DNA from: Burkholderiales bacterium
GTDB lineage: Bacteria > Pseudomonadota > Gammaproteobacteria > Burkholderiales > JAHFRG01
Length of the DNA stretch: 64,000 bases
Direction: 5' to 3'
Assembly: GCA_035518095.1 (NCBI GenBank)
Contig: DATIXX010000005.1
Location: 128,421-192,420, forward strand
The notes below the pieces were generated by a model. The model had not been told where the DNA came from and searched no databases. It saw only the letters and a program-made list of their open reading frames with translations. The translations under genes were made by a program, and so were the position numbers. Every line of letters begins with the position of its first letter. Position 1 is the stretch's first letter. Below are positions 9,315 to 19,001 of the stretch, piece by piece.

Positions 9315-10715
9315 TTATTTTTGCCCTTCCAGGATTTGCAGGCCCTTGAGCAAGTTGACCGCCTGGTTCAATTGGTAATCGCTTTTTCCGCCGAACTCCG
9401 GAAGCCCAGCTTGTCCCCCATCCCCGCTCTTGGGCTTAGGGATGGTTTGGGATGGCACCGCTTTTGAGGTCGGGCTCTCGTTGCCCGACGGCTTGTCATT
9501 GGAGAGATGGTGTTCCAAATCCGCTTCCCGCAACTGCGGACCTTCGTCAATGCCGCTCACCGTTGCTTCTTGCACTACAATGTCGGGAGTGATGCCCTTG
9601 GCTTGAATTGATCGGCCCTTTGGCGTGTAGTAGCGCGCGGTGGTCAGCTTGATGGCCGTGTTATTTCCCAGCGGCAAGATGGTCTGCACTGAACCTTTGC
9701 CGAAGCTTTGAGTGCCCATGATGACTGCGCGTTTGTGGTCCTGCAGTGCGCCAGCCACGATTTCCGAAGCCGAAGCCGTGCCGTTGTTGACCAGCACCAC
9801 CATTGGCACGGTCTTTATCGCGGATGGAAGACTTTTTAAATAATCGTCCTTGAAATCGCCGTGCAGGTAGTTTTCCGGACTCGCGCTAAACCTCATCTTT
9901 GAATCCTCGGTGCGGCCATCGGTGTAAACAATAAGTGAATTCGGTTCCAGAAAAGCCGAAGACACCGCGACTGCGCTGTTCAACAAACCACCGGGATCAT
10001 TGCGTAGATCCAGGACCAGGCCCTTCAGCGGTCCGGGTTTGTATAGATTGTCGATGGCTTTTGCCAGCGATTCACCGGTGTGTTCCTGGAACTGAGTGAT
10101 TCGGATGTAGCCATAGCCCGGCTCAACCATCTTGGATTTGACACTTTGTACCTTGATGATCGCGCGGGTAAGAGTGATAACCAAGGGCTTAGGTTCGCCC
10201 TTGCGTACAATAGTCAGCGTGATCTGTGTATTGGGCTTGCCACGCATGCGCTTGACCGCGTCATTGAGGGTCATGCCCTTTACCGCGGTATCGTCAAGTT
10301 TGATGATGAGGTCGCCGCTTTTAATTCCTGCGTTAAAAGCCGGTGTGTCTTCAATCGGCGAGATCACTTTGACAAACCCGTCTTCCATGCCAACTTCAAT
10401 ACCCAAGCCACCGAACTCACCCTGGGTGCCCACCTGCAACTCCTTGAATGCTTCGGCATCGAGGTACGCTGAATGAGGATCCAGCCCGGTCAGCATGCCG
10501 TTGATTGCGTCGGTGAGAAGCGTCTTGTCGTCTACAGGTTCGACATAGTCGTTCTTGATACGCCCGAATACCTCGGTGAAGGTGCGCAACTCCTCAACGG
10601 GCAAAGGCGCGCTGGCCTCCTTTTGCGCTACGGCTGAATAGTTTAGGCTCAGCACCACGCCGAGTACCGCGCCCAGCGCAATCAGCCCAATTTGCCCTAA
10701 TTTGTTGCCCATCAA
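9315..10715 (-). CDS. ctpA: carboxy-terminal processing protease (S41)
   Basis: N-terminal signal or anchor, PDZ region (GDLIIKLDD), and S41 catalytic block GTASASEIVAGALQDH. Confidence 0.9.
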   Translation of the reverse strand: MMGNKLGQIGLIALGAVLGVVLSLNYSAVAQKEASAPLPVEELRTFTEVFGRIKNDYVEPVDDKTLLTDAINGMLTGLDPHSAYLDAEAFKELQVGTQGEFGGLGIEVGMEDGFVKVISPIEDTPAFNAGIKSGDLIIKLDDTAVKGMTLNDAVKRMRGKPNTQITLTIVRKGEPKPLVITLTRAIIKVQSVKSKMVEPGYGYIRITQFQEHTGESLAKAIDNLYKPGPLKGLVLDLRNDPGGLLNSAVAVSSAFLEPNSLIVYTDGRTEDSKMRFSASPENYLHGDFKDDYLKSLPSAIKTVPMVVLVNNGTASASEIVAGALQDHKRAVIMGTQSFGKGSVQTILPLGNNTAIKLTTARYYTPKGRSIQAKGITPDIVVQEATVSGIDEGPQLREADLEHHLSNDKPSGNESPTSKAVPSQTIPKPKSGDGGQAGLPEFGGKSDYQLNQAVNLLKGLQILEGQK

Positions 10716-10751
10716 AATTCTCCTTTACGTCTGCAAAGATTGTCCGGGCGA

Positions 10752-12005
10752 CTACTTTACTGTGACCCAGGTTAAAGGGTCAAACGGTTTGCCCTGGTGA
10801 CGCATTTCAAAGTATAAACCGGATTCGGCATTGCCGCCGCTGTTTCCTACCGCGGCGATGGTGTCCCCGGCGTGGACGTAATCACCGACCTGTTTGTAAA
10901 GCGTTTCGTTGTTGCCGTACAGGCTCATGTAACCCGCCCCGTGGTCTACAATGATCAGGTTGCCGAACCCGCGCAGCCAGTCGGCGTACACCACTTGCCC
11001 GGCCGCGATGGCTTTAACATCCTGCCCGCTTGGCGAGAGTATGAACAGCCCTTTCCAAGTTAAGCCACTATCTGCACGTGGACTGCCAAAACGGTTTATG
11101 AGTTCCCCTTTGATCGGCAAATTCAGTCTGCCTTTGAGTTGTTGGAACGGGTTGGCATCGAGCGAGGAATCGGGAAGCTGGTTGTTGCTGAGTCTGGGCG
11201 GCGGTTTTTTCTCGTAGAGGATTTTCGCGAGTTTTTCCACCAGGCGCGTGAGGCGGCGTTCATTGTTCTGCAAGGTTCCAATCTCGCGGCGTTGTTGGGA
11301 AATTTGCTTGGAAATGCTGGCAAGCACTTGTTGGTGTGTGTGCTTTTCTCTTTCCAGAACACGTTTCTCGCCAGCCTGCTCGAGCTGGATTTCCTTGAGT
11401 TCGTCACCTTTTTTTCGCGCTTCGGACGTGAGCGTGTCGAGTTCATTAAGATTGTCGCGAAGTTTTGTGATGAAATCGGTCCGCGCCCGTGAGATGTAGC
11501 TGTAATAATAAAGTTGGCGCGCGATTTGATTGGGATCTTGGCCGTTTAAAATTAACACCAAATAATCAGGCTGTTGCCCGAGGTAAAGCTGATACAATAA
11601 TTTCTCAAGCAATGCTTGCTGATTACGGATGCCGGTTTGGGCCCGCGCGCTTTGCGCCTGCAGGCTGGTAAGCTGGGTGTTGACGTCGCGTTGCTTGCGG
11701 CTCAGTTCGTAGAGCTTGCGATTCGCATCTGAAATAGCACGTTCTGATTCTTGCAGCGCATCGGCTGCCTCTGATTTTGACTCTTCAGATTCGGCGAGTT
11801 CTTTTTGCAGCCCTTCTATGCGGCTGCGCAATTGTTTGAGCTCTTCTTTGGGTGCTGCGTGGATGATTCCGACGAGGGCAAAATATAGGACGGCCAAGCC
11901 TGCACAAATCAAGAGTCGATGTTCACGCGCGCGGTGGGTAGCCTTGTTCAATTGGCGGGGATGTTCAGAAAGTCTGAATTTTGGGGCTTGCTGGAAGGAA
12001 AGCAC
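10752..12005 (-). CDS. envC: murein hydrolase activator EnvC-like (coiled coil + LytM/M23 domain)
   Basis: Long Q/E/K/L-rich coiled coil, then a C-terminal M23 domain (IIVDHGAGYMSLYGNN, VGNSGG). Synteny with gpm matches E. coli gpmM-envC. Confidence 0.85.
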   Translation of the reverse strand: MLSFQQAPKFRLSEHPRQLNKATHRAREHRLLICAGLAVLYFALVGIIHAAPKEELKQLRSRIEGLQKELAESEESKSEAADALQESERAISDANRKLYELSRKQRDVNTQLTSLQAQSARAQTGIRNQQALLEKLLYQLYLGQQPDYLVLILNGQDPNQIARQLYYYSYISRARTDFITKLRDNLNELDTLTSEARKKGDELKEIQLEQAGEKRVLEREKHTHQQVLASISKQISQQRREIGTLQNNERRLTRLVEKLAKILYEKKPPPRLSNNQLPDSSLDANPFQQLKGRLNLPIKGELINRFGSPRADSGLTWKGLFILSPSGQDVKAIAAGQVVYADWLRGFGNLIIVDHGAGYMSLYGNNETLYKQVGDYVHAGDTIAAVGNSGGNAESGLYFEMRHQGKPFDPLTWVTVK

Positions 12006-12026
12006 CGTAGCGCCTAAGCTGCAAAT

Positions 12027-12776
12027 TTATGCTCCGGTTTTTCCCTGATTGGCGACCGCGTGCATGGCTTCGCTTACCGTTTTCTCGTCTCCTAAATAAA
12101 AATGCGCGAACGGCTGCAGATTGTCGTCGAGTTCGTACACCAGCGGGATGCCGGTGGGGATGTTGAGTTCCACAATCTCGTGATCGTCGATATGGTCGAG
12201 ATGTTTGACCAGCGCCCTGAGAGAATTACCATGTGCCGAGATGATCACGTTTTGGCCGGACAATATCGCAGGGGCAATCGTGTCGTTCCAGTAAGGCAGA
12301 AACCGGTCGACTGTATCTTTCAGACATTCGGTCAAAGGAAGGTTTTTTCCCGGAATACCACGATACCTCGGGTCATTTCTCGGATTGCGGTTGTCGGCCT
12401 GTTCAAGCGCCGGCGGGCGTACGTCATAACTTCTGCGCCAAAGCAGCACCTGACGCTCCCCGAACTTTGCTGCGGTCTCCGCTTTGTTTAGTCCCTGCAA
12501 GGCGCCGTAATGGCGCTCATTGAGTCTCCACGAAAGGTTTACGGGTATCCACATCAGCTCCATGTCCTCAAGCACGATCCATAATGTCTTGATGGCCCGC
12601 TTGAGTAACGACGTGTAAGCGACATCGAAAACAAAACCTTTTTGCTTGAGTAGCAGCGCGGCCGTCTTCGCTTCATGCACTCCTTTGTCCGACAACGGAA
12701 CGTCGGTCCAGCCGGTAAAACGGTTTTCCTTGTTCCAGGTGCTCTCGCCATGGCGCAACAGGACCAATCTTTTCAT
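12027..12776 (-). CDS. gpmA: 2,3-bisphosphoglycerate-dependent phosphoglycerate mutase
   Basis: [10 protein letters not shown] phosphohistidine motif and [10 protein letters not shown] second His motif. Confidence 0.95.
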   Translation of the reverse strand: MKRLVLLRHGESTWNKENRFTGWTDVPLSDKGVHEAKTAALLLKQKGFVFDVAYTSLLKRAIKTLWIVLEDMELMWIPVNLSWRLNERHYGALQGLNKAETAAKFGERQVLLWRRSYDVRPPALEQADNRNPRNDPRYRGIPGKNLPLTECLKDTVDRFLPYWNDTIAPAILSGQNVIISAHGNSLRALVKHLDHIDDHEIVELNIPTGIPLVYELDDNLQPFAHFYLGDEKTVSEAMHAVANQGKTGA

Positions 12777-13356
12777 AAAGAAACAAACTTGTCAGAAATT
12801 GAAAATGCGGTATTATTTTATTACATTTCTTAGGCAACTTCTCTTGACGATAAAACACCCCGTTGCACTCCTCAAATTTCCGCATATCAACACAAGCGTG
12901 ACCGAATGAATGCCGGGTTGAAGTGGGTGGCGCCGTTTCCACCCGTATCCTCAGACCGGTGGCGGACGACCTCAAGTGGCAATTCTGACAATAGATGCTT
13001 CGCGGCCCGGAACTTGATTTGCGCGCAACCGTATCGCGCTGGCCTTCTCCCCGCCTGGGCAGAATTCAAGACGAATTTGGCCCTAGCGCTCTCGTTGATT
13101 TATAGCGACCGCTTTATGAGCTCGAATAGAAAAGCATGGCGATGAATTTTGTTTAGCTGAGCATAAAAGCTTATTAATCCGCATTTTTACTGGTATTCCA
13201 CATTCAAGTGCAGCCAGCGATAACGTAGTTTATGCGTACTATGTTTGATTACCCGGGCCAACGGCGAATTTTATATACCGACTTTCACAGCTCGGCACCC
13301 CGCAAACCTTGAGCCTCTGCTAAAATTGTCTGACCAGAAAATCAAGGCGAAAGACA

Positions 13357-13773
13357 TTGGAGTTTGTACAAAATAATATTTGGTTGATTCTACTCGCAGT
13401 GGTGAGCGGGGCGATGCTGGTTTGGCCGATAATTTCCGGCCGCGTCTACGGTGGAAGCGAGATAGACACGCTGGAAGCGGTACAGTTGATTAATCGCCGT
13501 GATGCGGTGGTGCTGGATGTGGGGGAGGGCACTGAGTTTGCGGCAGGGCACATTCCGAATGCGAAGCATATCCCCTTGGCGCGGTTAAATCAGAGCGTGC
13601 GTGAACTTGAAAGGTACAAAGCGCGCCCGGTTTTAGTGAGTTGCCAAAATAGCACCGTGGCTGCAAAAGCCTGCGCACTTCTCCGTAAAAATGGTTTCAA
13701 TGAGGTATTCAGGCTGAAAGGTGGAATCTCATCATGGGAACAAGCGAGCTTGCCGGTGGAAAAAGGCTCGTGA
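13357..13773 (+). CDS. rhodanese-domain membrane protein (YibN-like)
   Basis: TTG start, N-terminal TM helix, and rhodanese active-site loop VSCQNSTVA. It lies upstream of grxC-secB-gpsA, like E. coli yibN. Confidence 0.85.
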   Translation: MEFVQNNIWLILLAVVSGAMLVWPIISGRVYGGSEIDTLEAVQLINRRDAVVLDVGEGTEFAAGHIPNAKHIPLARLNQSVRELERYKARPVLVSCQNSTVAAKACALLRKNGFNEVFRLKGGISSWEQASLPVEKGS

Positions 13774-13774
13774 G

Positions 13775-14044
13775 ATGTCTACAGTGCGCATGTATGCAAC
13801 GGGAATATGTCCGTTTTGTATGATGGCGGAACGTCTATTGCGCGCCAAAGGAGTTATACAGATAACCAAGATTCGCGTTGATCTCGACCCGGAAAAGCGT
13901 ATCGAGATGGTGCAAAAGACCGGCCGCCGCACCGTGCCTCAGATTTACATCAATGACCGTCACGTTGGCGGATACGAAGAGCTCGCAGCACTGGAACACT
14001 CCGGCAAGCTTGGCGAAATGCTGTGCGGCGGCGGCAATACTTAA
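13775..14044 (+). CDS. grxC: glutaredoxin 3
   Basis: MSTVRMYATGICPFC with the CPFC active site, and TVPQIYINDRHVGG. The track ORF is trimmed to the Met at 13775, just after the rhodanese stop. Confidence 0.9.
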   Translation: MSTVRMYATGICPFCMMAERLLRAKGVIQITKIRVDLDPEKRIEMVQKTGRRTVPQIYINDRHVGGYEELAALEHSGKLGEMLCGGGNT

Positions 14045-14066
14045 TTTTTGAAAACAGGCACACGCA

Positions 14067-14519
14067 ATGAGCGAAAAACAGCAGGCGGTATTTTCGATTG
14101 AAAAGCTTTACGTAAAGGATTTATCTCTAGAGATTCCCAACGCACCGCGCATTTTCCTGGAACGCGAAGCACCTCAGGTGGATGTGCAGATCCATACTGA
14201 GGGCAACCCGATTGATGAAGGGGTTTTCGAGGTCGTCGTGACCGTCACTATTACCGCCAAGCTCAAGGACAAGACCCTGTTTTTGGTGGAGGCGGCCCAA
14301 GCCGGAATTTTTAACATCCGAAACGTGGCAAAAGAGGAAATTGAACCAATTCTGGGAGTCGCTTGCCCGAATATTCTTTTTCCATTTGCCCGCGAGGTAA
14401 TTTCTGATGTTGTCAGCCGCGCCGGCTTTCCGCCGGTGATCCTTAACCCGGTGAATTTCGAAGCCCTGTATCAGCATCGCCAGCAGCAGCCTCAGGTGAA
14501 CGCGCCAACTACTCATTGA
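14067..14519 (+). CDS. secB: protein-export chaperone SecB
   Basis: 150 aa with FSIEKLYVKDLSLEIPNAP and CPNILFPFAREVISD, typical of SecB. Confidence 0.95.
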   Translation: MSEKQQAVFSIEKLYVKDLSLEIPNAPRIFLEREAPQVDVQIHTEGNPIDEGVFEVVVTVTITAKLKDKTLFLVEAAQAGIFNIRNVAKEEIEPILGVACPNILFPFAREVISDVVSRAGFPPVILNPVNFEALYQHRQQQPQVNAPTTH

Positions 14520-14968
14520 ACTTTTCAGTCATGCGTTACTGCTTAATTGTTGTTTTAATGTGTTTGGCTGTTCCGCCGCTTTGGGCGACGGAATTCCGCA
14601 CTGTTGACGAAGACGCGGTAGTGCTATACGACGCGCCGTCGCTTAAAGCTCAAAAGCTTTACGTGCTCGGCCGTAATTACCCGGTGGAAGTTGTGGTGGT
14701 GCTGGAGAACTGGATCAAGGTGCGCGATGCCAGCGGAGATCTTGCTTGGGTGGAAAAACAATCTCTAAGCGATAAGCGTAGCGTGATGGTTAATGTGCCC
14801 CTCGCCGACATACGTCAGGCTCCAAATGACAATGCTCCCGTGGTGTTTCAGGCAGAGCAGTCGGTGTTGCTGGAATTTGTGGAATCGTCAGATCCGGGTT
14901 GGATCAAGGTGCGGCATCGCGATGGACAAACCGGTTATATACGCACCAATCAAGTGTGGGGCGTATGA
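14516..14968 (+). CDS. secreted tandem SH3b-domain protein
   Basis: Signal peptide, then two SH3b-like repeats (NWIKVRDASGDLAWVEK and GWIKVRHRDGQTGYIRTNQV). It overlaps the secB stop and the gpsA start. Confidence 0.65.
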   Translation: MNFSVMRYCLIVVLMCLAVPPLWATEFRTVDEDAVVLYDAPSLKAQKLYVLGRNYPVEVVVVLENWIKVRDASGDLAWVEKQSLSDKRSVMVNVPLADIRQAPNDNAPVVFQAEQSVLLEFVESSDPGWIKVRHRDGQTGYIRTNQVWGV

Positions 14969-15945
14969 GGCTCGCGGTTCTCGGCGCGGGCGCATGGGGC
15001 ACTGCGCTTGCCATCACCTTTTCTTCGCGCTACGACGTCGGCCTCTGGGAACACGATATTGCGCATTTTACCCACCTCCGAACGCATCGTAGTTCACGCT
15101 TCTTGCCGGGTTTTTCCCTGCCGGAAACAATACAATTTCATTCGGCCATCACTGACGCGCTGGCGCGCGCCGAATTGGCGCTGATCGCAGTGCCGATGCA
15201 GGGCTTGCGGCAGACTATGCGGGCGATGACGTCCAGCCGCGTGCCGGGAATTTTGGCCTGCAAAGGTTTCGAACCCGGCGGCCAATGTTTGCCGAATCAA
15301 GTCGCAGCGGAGGAACTTGCAAAAGGAACCCGCTACGCAATTCTATCGGGACCCAGCTTCGCTCAGGAAGTGGCGCAAGGCCTGCCCGCTGCGCTTACCC
15401 TTGCTTCTTCCGACAAGACCTTTGCGCAAAGTACAGCAAAGGAATTGCACAGCCAGAAACTGCGTATTTACTCAAGCAACGACGTGATTGGCGTGGCGGT
15501 AGGTGGCGCGGTGAAAAATGTAATGGCGATTGCGGCTGGCATTGCCGATGGCATGGGCTTAGGCCACAACGCGAGGGCTGCGCTAATCACCAGGGGATTG
15601 GCGGAAATTACGAGGTTGGGCATGAAAATGGGCGGCAGGCCGGAAACGTTCATGGGTTTGGCCGGTGCAGGCGATCTGATTCTCACTTGCACTGGCGATC
15701 TTTCGCGCAATCGACAAGTCGGGTTGATGCTGGCCGCCGGGCAACCGCTGTCACAGATACTCGGGAAGCTTGGCCATGTCGCGGAAGGCGTGACTACGGC
15801 GCGTGAGGTACAACAGCTCGCAAGTGAACTGAAAGTAGATTTGCCCATCACACGCGCGGTGCACCGTGTGCTGTATGAGGACGTTCCTGCAAAAGTGGCG
15901 CTGCAGGAGCTGTTGGACCGTGATCCCAAAGCTGAAAGCTACTGA
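14965..15945 (+). CDS. gpsA: NAD(P)H-dependent glycerol-3-phosphate dehydrogenase
   Basis: MRLAVLGAGAWGTALA Rossmann N-terminus. The track ORF (from 14899) is trimmed to the ATG at 14965, which forms an ATGA overlap with the SH3 gene stop. Confidence 0.95.
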   Translation: MRLAVLGAGAWGTALAITFSSRYDVGLWEHDIAHFTHLRTHRSSRFLPGFSLPETIQFHSAITDALARAELALIAVPMQGLRQTMRAMTSSRVPGILACKGFEPGGQCLPNQVAAEELAKGTRYAILSGPSFAQEVAQGLPAALTLASSDKTFAQSTAKELHSQKLRIYSSNDVIGVAVGGAVKNVMAIAAGIADGMGLGHNARAALITRGLAEITRLGMKMGGRPETFMGLAGAGDLILTCTGDLSRNRQVGLMLAAGQPLSQILGKLGHVAEGVTTAREVQQLASELKVDLPITRAVHRVLYEDVPAKVALQELLDRDPKAESY

Positions 15946-16403
15946 CCTCCTTTAAAACCTGCCTGCCGCCACGCTTCGTAAATCACCACCGCCGCCGCAT
16001 TCGCCAGATTCAGGCTGCGGCTTTGCGCTAGCATTGGCAACCGGATTCGGTTCGGCTCGGCAAAGCTTTCCAGAAGGTTTTGCGGCAATCCTCGTGTCTC
16101 CGGGCCGAAAACGAATACGTCGCCGGGACAAAATGTGACTTGATCGTAGCGTCGCTTGCCACGGGTAGTGACGGCAAACCGACGGCGCCCGGACAAGGAT
16201 TCTTTACAGCTGTCCCAGCTTTCATGCAACGTAACACGCGCGAATTCATGGTAATCAAGACCTGCGCGACGCAACTGGCGGTCGTTCAGTTTGAAGCCCA
16301 ACGGCTTGATCAGATGCAGCGACACGCCGGTATTTGCGCAAAGGCGCACGATGCTTCCGGTATTCGGAGGAATCTCGGGCTGATACAGGACTAGATCGAA
16401 CAT
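15939..16403 (-). CDS. trmL: tRNA (cytidine/uridine-2'-O)-methyltransferase TrmL (SpoU family)
   Basis: 154 aa with YQPEIPPNTGSIVRLCANTG and a SpoU C-terminal knot region (SLNLANAAAVVIYEAWRQ). Confidence 0.9.
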   Translation of the reverse strand: MFDLVLYQPEIPPNTGSIVRLCANTGVSLHLIKPLGFKLNDRQLRRAGLDYHEFARVTLHESWDSCKESLSGRRRFAVTTRGKRRYDQVTFCPGDVFVFGPETRGLPQNLLESFAEPNRIRLPMLAQSRSLNLANAAAVVIYEAWRQAGFKGGQ

Positions 16404-17205
16404 ACGCCTCGTATCATATAAGAAAAAAATATATTGAGCCGTTCGGGGTCGCCCAGCACGCTTGCTACAAAAGCGCTTTTATCTATTTATAAAATTATTT
16501 TATGGCAAAGCCTGGAAGAAACCGCAGACGCGAAATCGAGTCGGCCTTCTAACCAGCCAAGCAGAACCGGGTTAAAATTGCGCTTGAGCAGCAAATGCAA
16601 AGCACGAACCCTGAGGTAGATTTACTTGGCGATTCCATTGCGGGCGAAGAGCAGAGAACGGAAGGCGTGGCCAAGCAGCTCAACACCACTTACGTCAAAT
16701 ATTTCTATGCCAACGCTAACCTCCGGTGCAAACTGCTCGGAGTCGAAGTGCGCCGATCAGGCCAAAATCCGATTTGAATTTCGGATGTCTCCAAACCTAA
16801 TCCTGCGCCCGTACGGCACTCTGTTCCTTACCTCGAAAATAGGTCAGCTCGGGGACACGGCCGTGTGCGTTCGGTCTGGAAAGAACGAATATTGGCGACG
16901 TGGTTGAAATTTCGAAGAAACGCTCTCGTTCGCGACGCGCAACGCGAAAGGCAGGTTCGCATTTCGGTACCACTATTGCGGCAGACATGGCGTCGCGAAG
17001 GAGTCGGGCATCCTCACACGATGTCGAGGCTCAGGCCGGTATGGGTGTGGTACATGGGCCTAGGATTTCATTGCAGGCGGTGCAACAATTAGCCGGGGCG
17101 CGTATGCTTTTCAACAAGTGATAACAGCCGGCGGGATTACTCGCGAATTGCAGGCGTTTGTCGAACAGCAGTTGAAGCAAATAGCGATCGCCAAAAAGTA
17201 GCTGC

Positions 17206-17943
17206 CTAAGGCGGCAGAGTACGAGCCACGACCCAAGCACTGATTTCAATCGCTCCCTTTTTGCGCGCCGCCTTGGCAAGCTCGTTGAGCGTCGCGCCTG
17301 TAGTCATCACGTCATCAAGCAGCGCGATTTTTTTTTCGCGAAGTTCTGCAGTAAACAGAAAGGCGCCGCGCACGTTTTTGGCGCGGTCTTTCCAAGGCAG
17401 GCCCGCTTGCGGCGGGTTGTCGAGAACCCTGCGGCACGCATCAGTCAATAGACGCACGCCCAACTTCTTTGAAATAACTCTCGCGATCTCGAGCGCTTGA
17501 TTAAAGCCGCGCTCGCGCAGCCTTGCAGTAGAGAGCGGCACGGGGATCAGGTAATCAGGCCGGTCGTCTAAATTGCGCAGCAACTCCACAGCGAGAACCG
17601 GAGCAAGCGCCAGATTTCCCTGATACTTGAGCGACTGTACCAAAGCGTCAACCGGAAAACTGTAAATAAAAGCGGCGCGTGTACATTGAAATGCCGGAGG
17701 GTCGCTCATACAGCTGCCGCACAGATCTCCAACAGGTATTGGCAGCGCACATATCCTGCAACGCGGCTGGCGCAGGTGCGGCAGGTGTTCGTGGCAGCCC
17801 GTGCATAAGCTTTGGGTACGGACTGCGGCGCCGCAAAGCACGCATTCGTTTTGCAGGATGCGGTGCGCGAACGCCAGGCAGTTGTTTAAAATATTCATTG
17901 CCGAAATTGACAACTCAATAGAAATACTTGATGATGCATGCAA
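17206..17943 (-). CDS. comF: ComF-family protein (phosphoribosyltransferase domain)
   Basis: N-terminal Cys-rich zinc ribbon (CVLCG, CTGC, CRIC, CGSC) and PRT motif ALLDDVMTTGATL. The exact start is uncertain (17943 or 17898). Confidence 0.85.
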   Translation of the reverse strand: MHASSSISIELSISAMNILNNCLAFAHRILQNECVLCGAAVRTQSLCTGCHEHLPHLRQPRCRICALPIPVGDLCGSCMSDPPAFQCTRAAFIYSFPVDALVQSLKYQGNLALAPVLAVELLRNLDDRPDYLIPVPLSTARLRERGFNQALEIARVISKKLGVRLLTDACRRVLDNPPQAGLPWKDRAKNVRGAFLFTAELREKKIALLDDVMTTGATLNELAKAARKKGAIEISAWVVARTLPP

Positions 17944-17988
17944 TTTTAAGCGTTACCCCATCGTATTCTATGTTGACATAATCGAAAC

Positions 17989-18963
17989 ATGACCCCGTCC
18001 GCACTCGATCAGAAAAAGCGTGGCAATCCGCCGCGAGCGAACAGCACGGCAGAGGTTGAAGCCTTATTCGCACTGCCGTTCAACGATCTAATTTTCCGTG
18101 CGCAACAAATACATCGTCAATACTTCGATGCCAATGCGGTGCAGTTGTCGACGTTGCTTTCGATCAAAACTGGAGGCTGTCCCGAGGATTGCGCCTATTG
18201 TCCGCAAGCGGCACGTTATCACACTGGTGTAGAAAACCACGAAATGCTGCCGCTGAGCGCGGTGATTTCTGCGGCGAACGCCGCAAAGAAAGAGGGAGCG
18301 ACGCGGTTTTGCATGGGGGCTGCATGGCGTGGTCCAAAGCAGAAAGAACTGGATCAAGTAGTCGAAATGATTAGGGTGGTGCGGCACATGGGACTGGAAA
18401 CCTGTGCAACCTTGGGGCTGCTTAAGGAGGGCCAAGCGGAACAGTTGCACGAGGCCGGACTAAATTATTATAACCACAACCTCGATACTTCAGCAGACTA
18501 TTACGGAGAAATCATCACCACACGCAACTACCAGGATCGGCTGGAGACGCTGCAACGGGTTCGTGGCGCCGGCATCAAGGTGTGTTGCGGCGGCATCGTA
18601 GGTATGGGCGAGACACGTCGCCAACGTGCCACGATGATTGCGCAACTTTCCAACCTTGATCCTTATCCTGAAAGCGTACCGATCAATAACCTGGTACAGG
18701 TCGAAGGCACGCCCCTCTTTGGAACCGAGAAGCTGGACGCACTGGAGTTTGTGCGTACCATTGCCGTTACGCGCATCATCATGCCCAAGGCCATGGTGCG
18801 GCTTTCTGCCGGACGCGAATCCATGACTGAGGAACTTCAATCATTATGTTTTCTCGCGGGCGCAAATTCCATTTTTTACGGCGACAAGCTGCTGACTACC
18901 GGCAACCCAAAAGCGGCGCAGGATAAAGCATTGTTGCTTAAGCTCGGCATGCGCCCGATGTAA
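17989..18963 (+). CDS. bioB: biotin synthase
   Basis: Radical SAM motif [12 protein letters not shown] and YNHNLDTS. Confidence 0.95.
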   Translation: MTPSALDQKKRGNPPRANSTAEVEALFALPFNDLIFRAQQIHRQYFDANAVQLSTLLSIKTGGCPEDCAYCPQAARYHTGVENHEMLPLSAVISAANAAKKEGATRFCMGAAWRGPKQKELDQVVEMIRVVRHMGLETCATLGLLKEGQAEQLHEAGLNYYNHNLDTSADYYGEIITTRNYQDRLETLQRVRGAGIKVCCGGIVGMGETRRQRATMIAQLSNLDPYPESVPINNLVQVEGTPLFGTEKLDALEFVRTIAVTRIIMPKAMVRLSAGRESMTEELQSLCFLAGANSIFYGDKLLTTGNPKAAQDKALLLKLGMRPM

Positions 18964-19001
18964 TTTTTCTTCAATAAACCGAGGACAAGCCTGGGACAGG
19001 C

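Noticed and set aside
12777-17205. tmRNA, RNase P RNA, SRP RNA or 6S RNA in the two large ORF-free gaps (12777-13356 and 16404-17205).
   Set aside because: None of the conserved signature strings was present. I looked for a tmRNA 5' GGGG.../3' tRNA-like end, the RNase P GGAAAGTCCGGGC, and the SRP GGUCCGGAAGGAAGCAGCC. 6S RNA cannot be excluded by eye.
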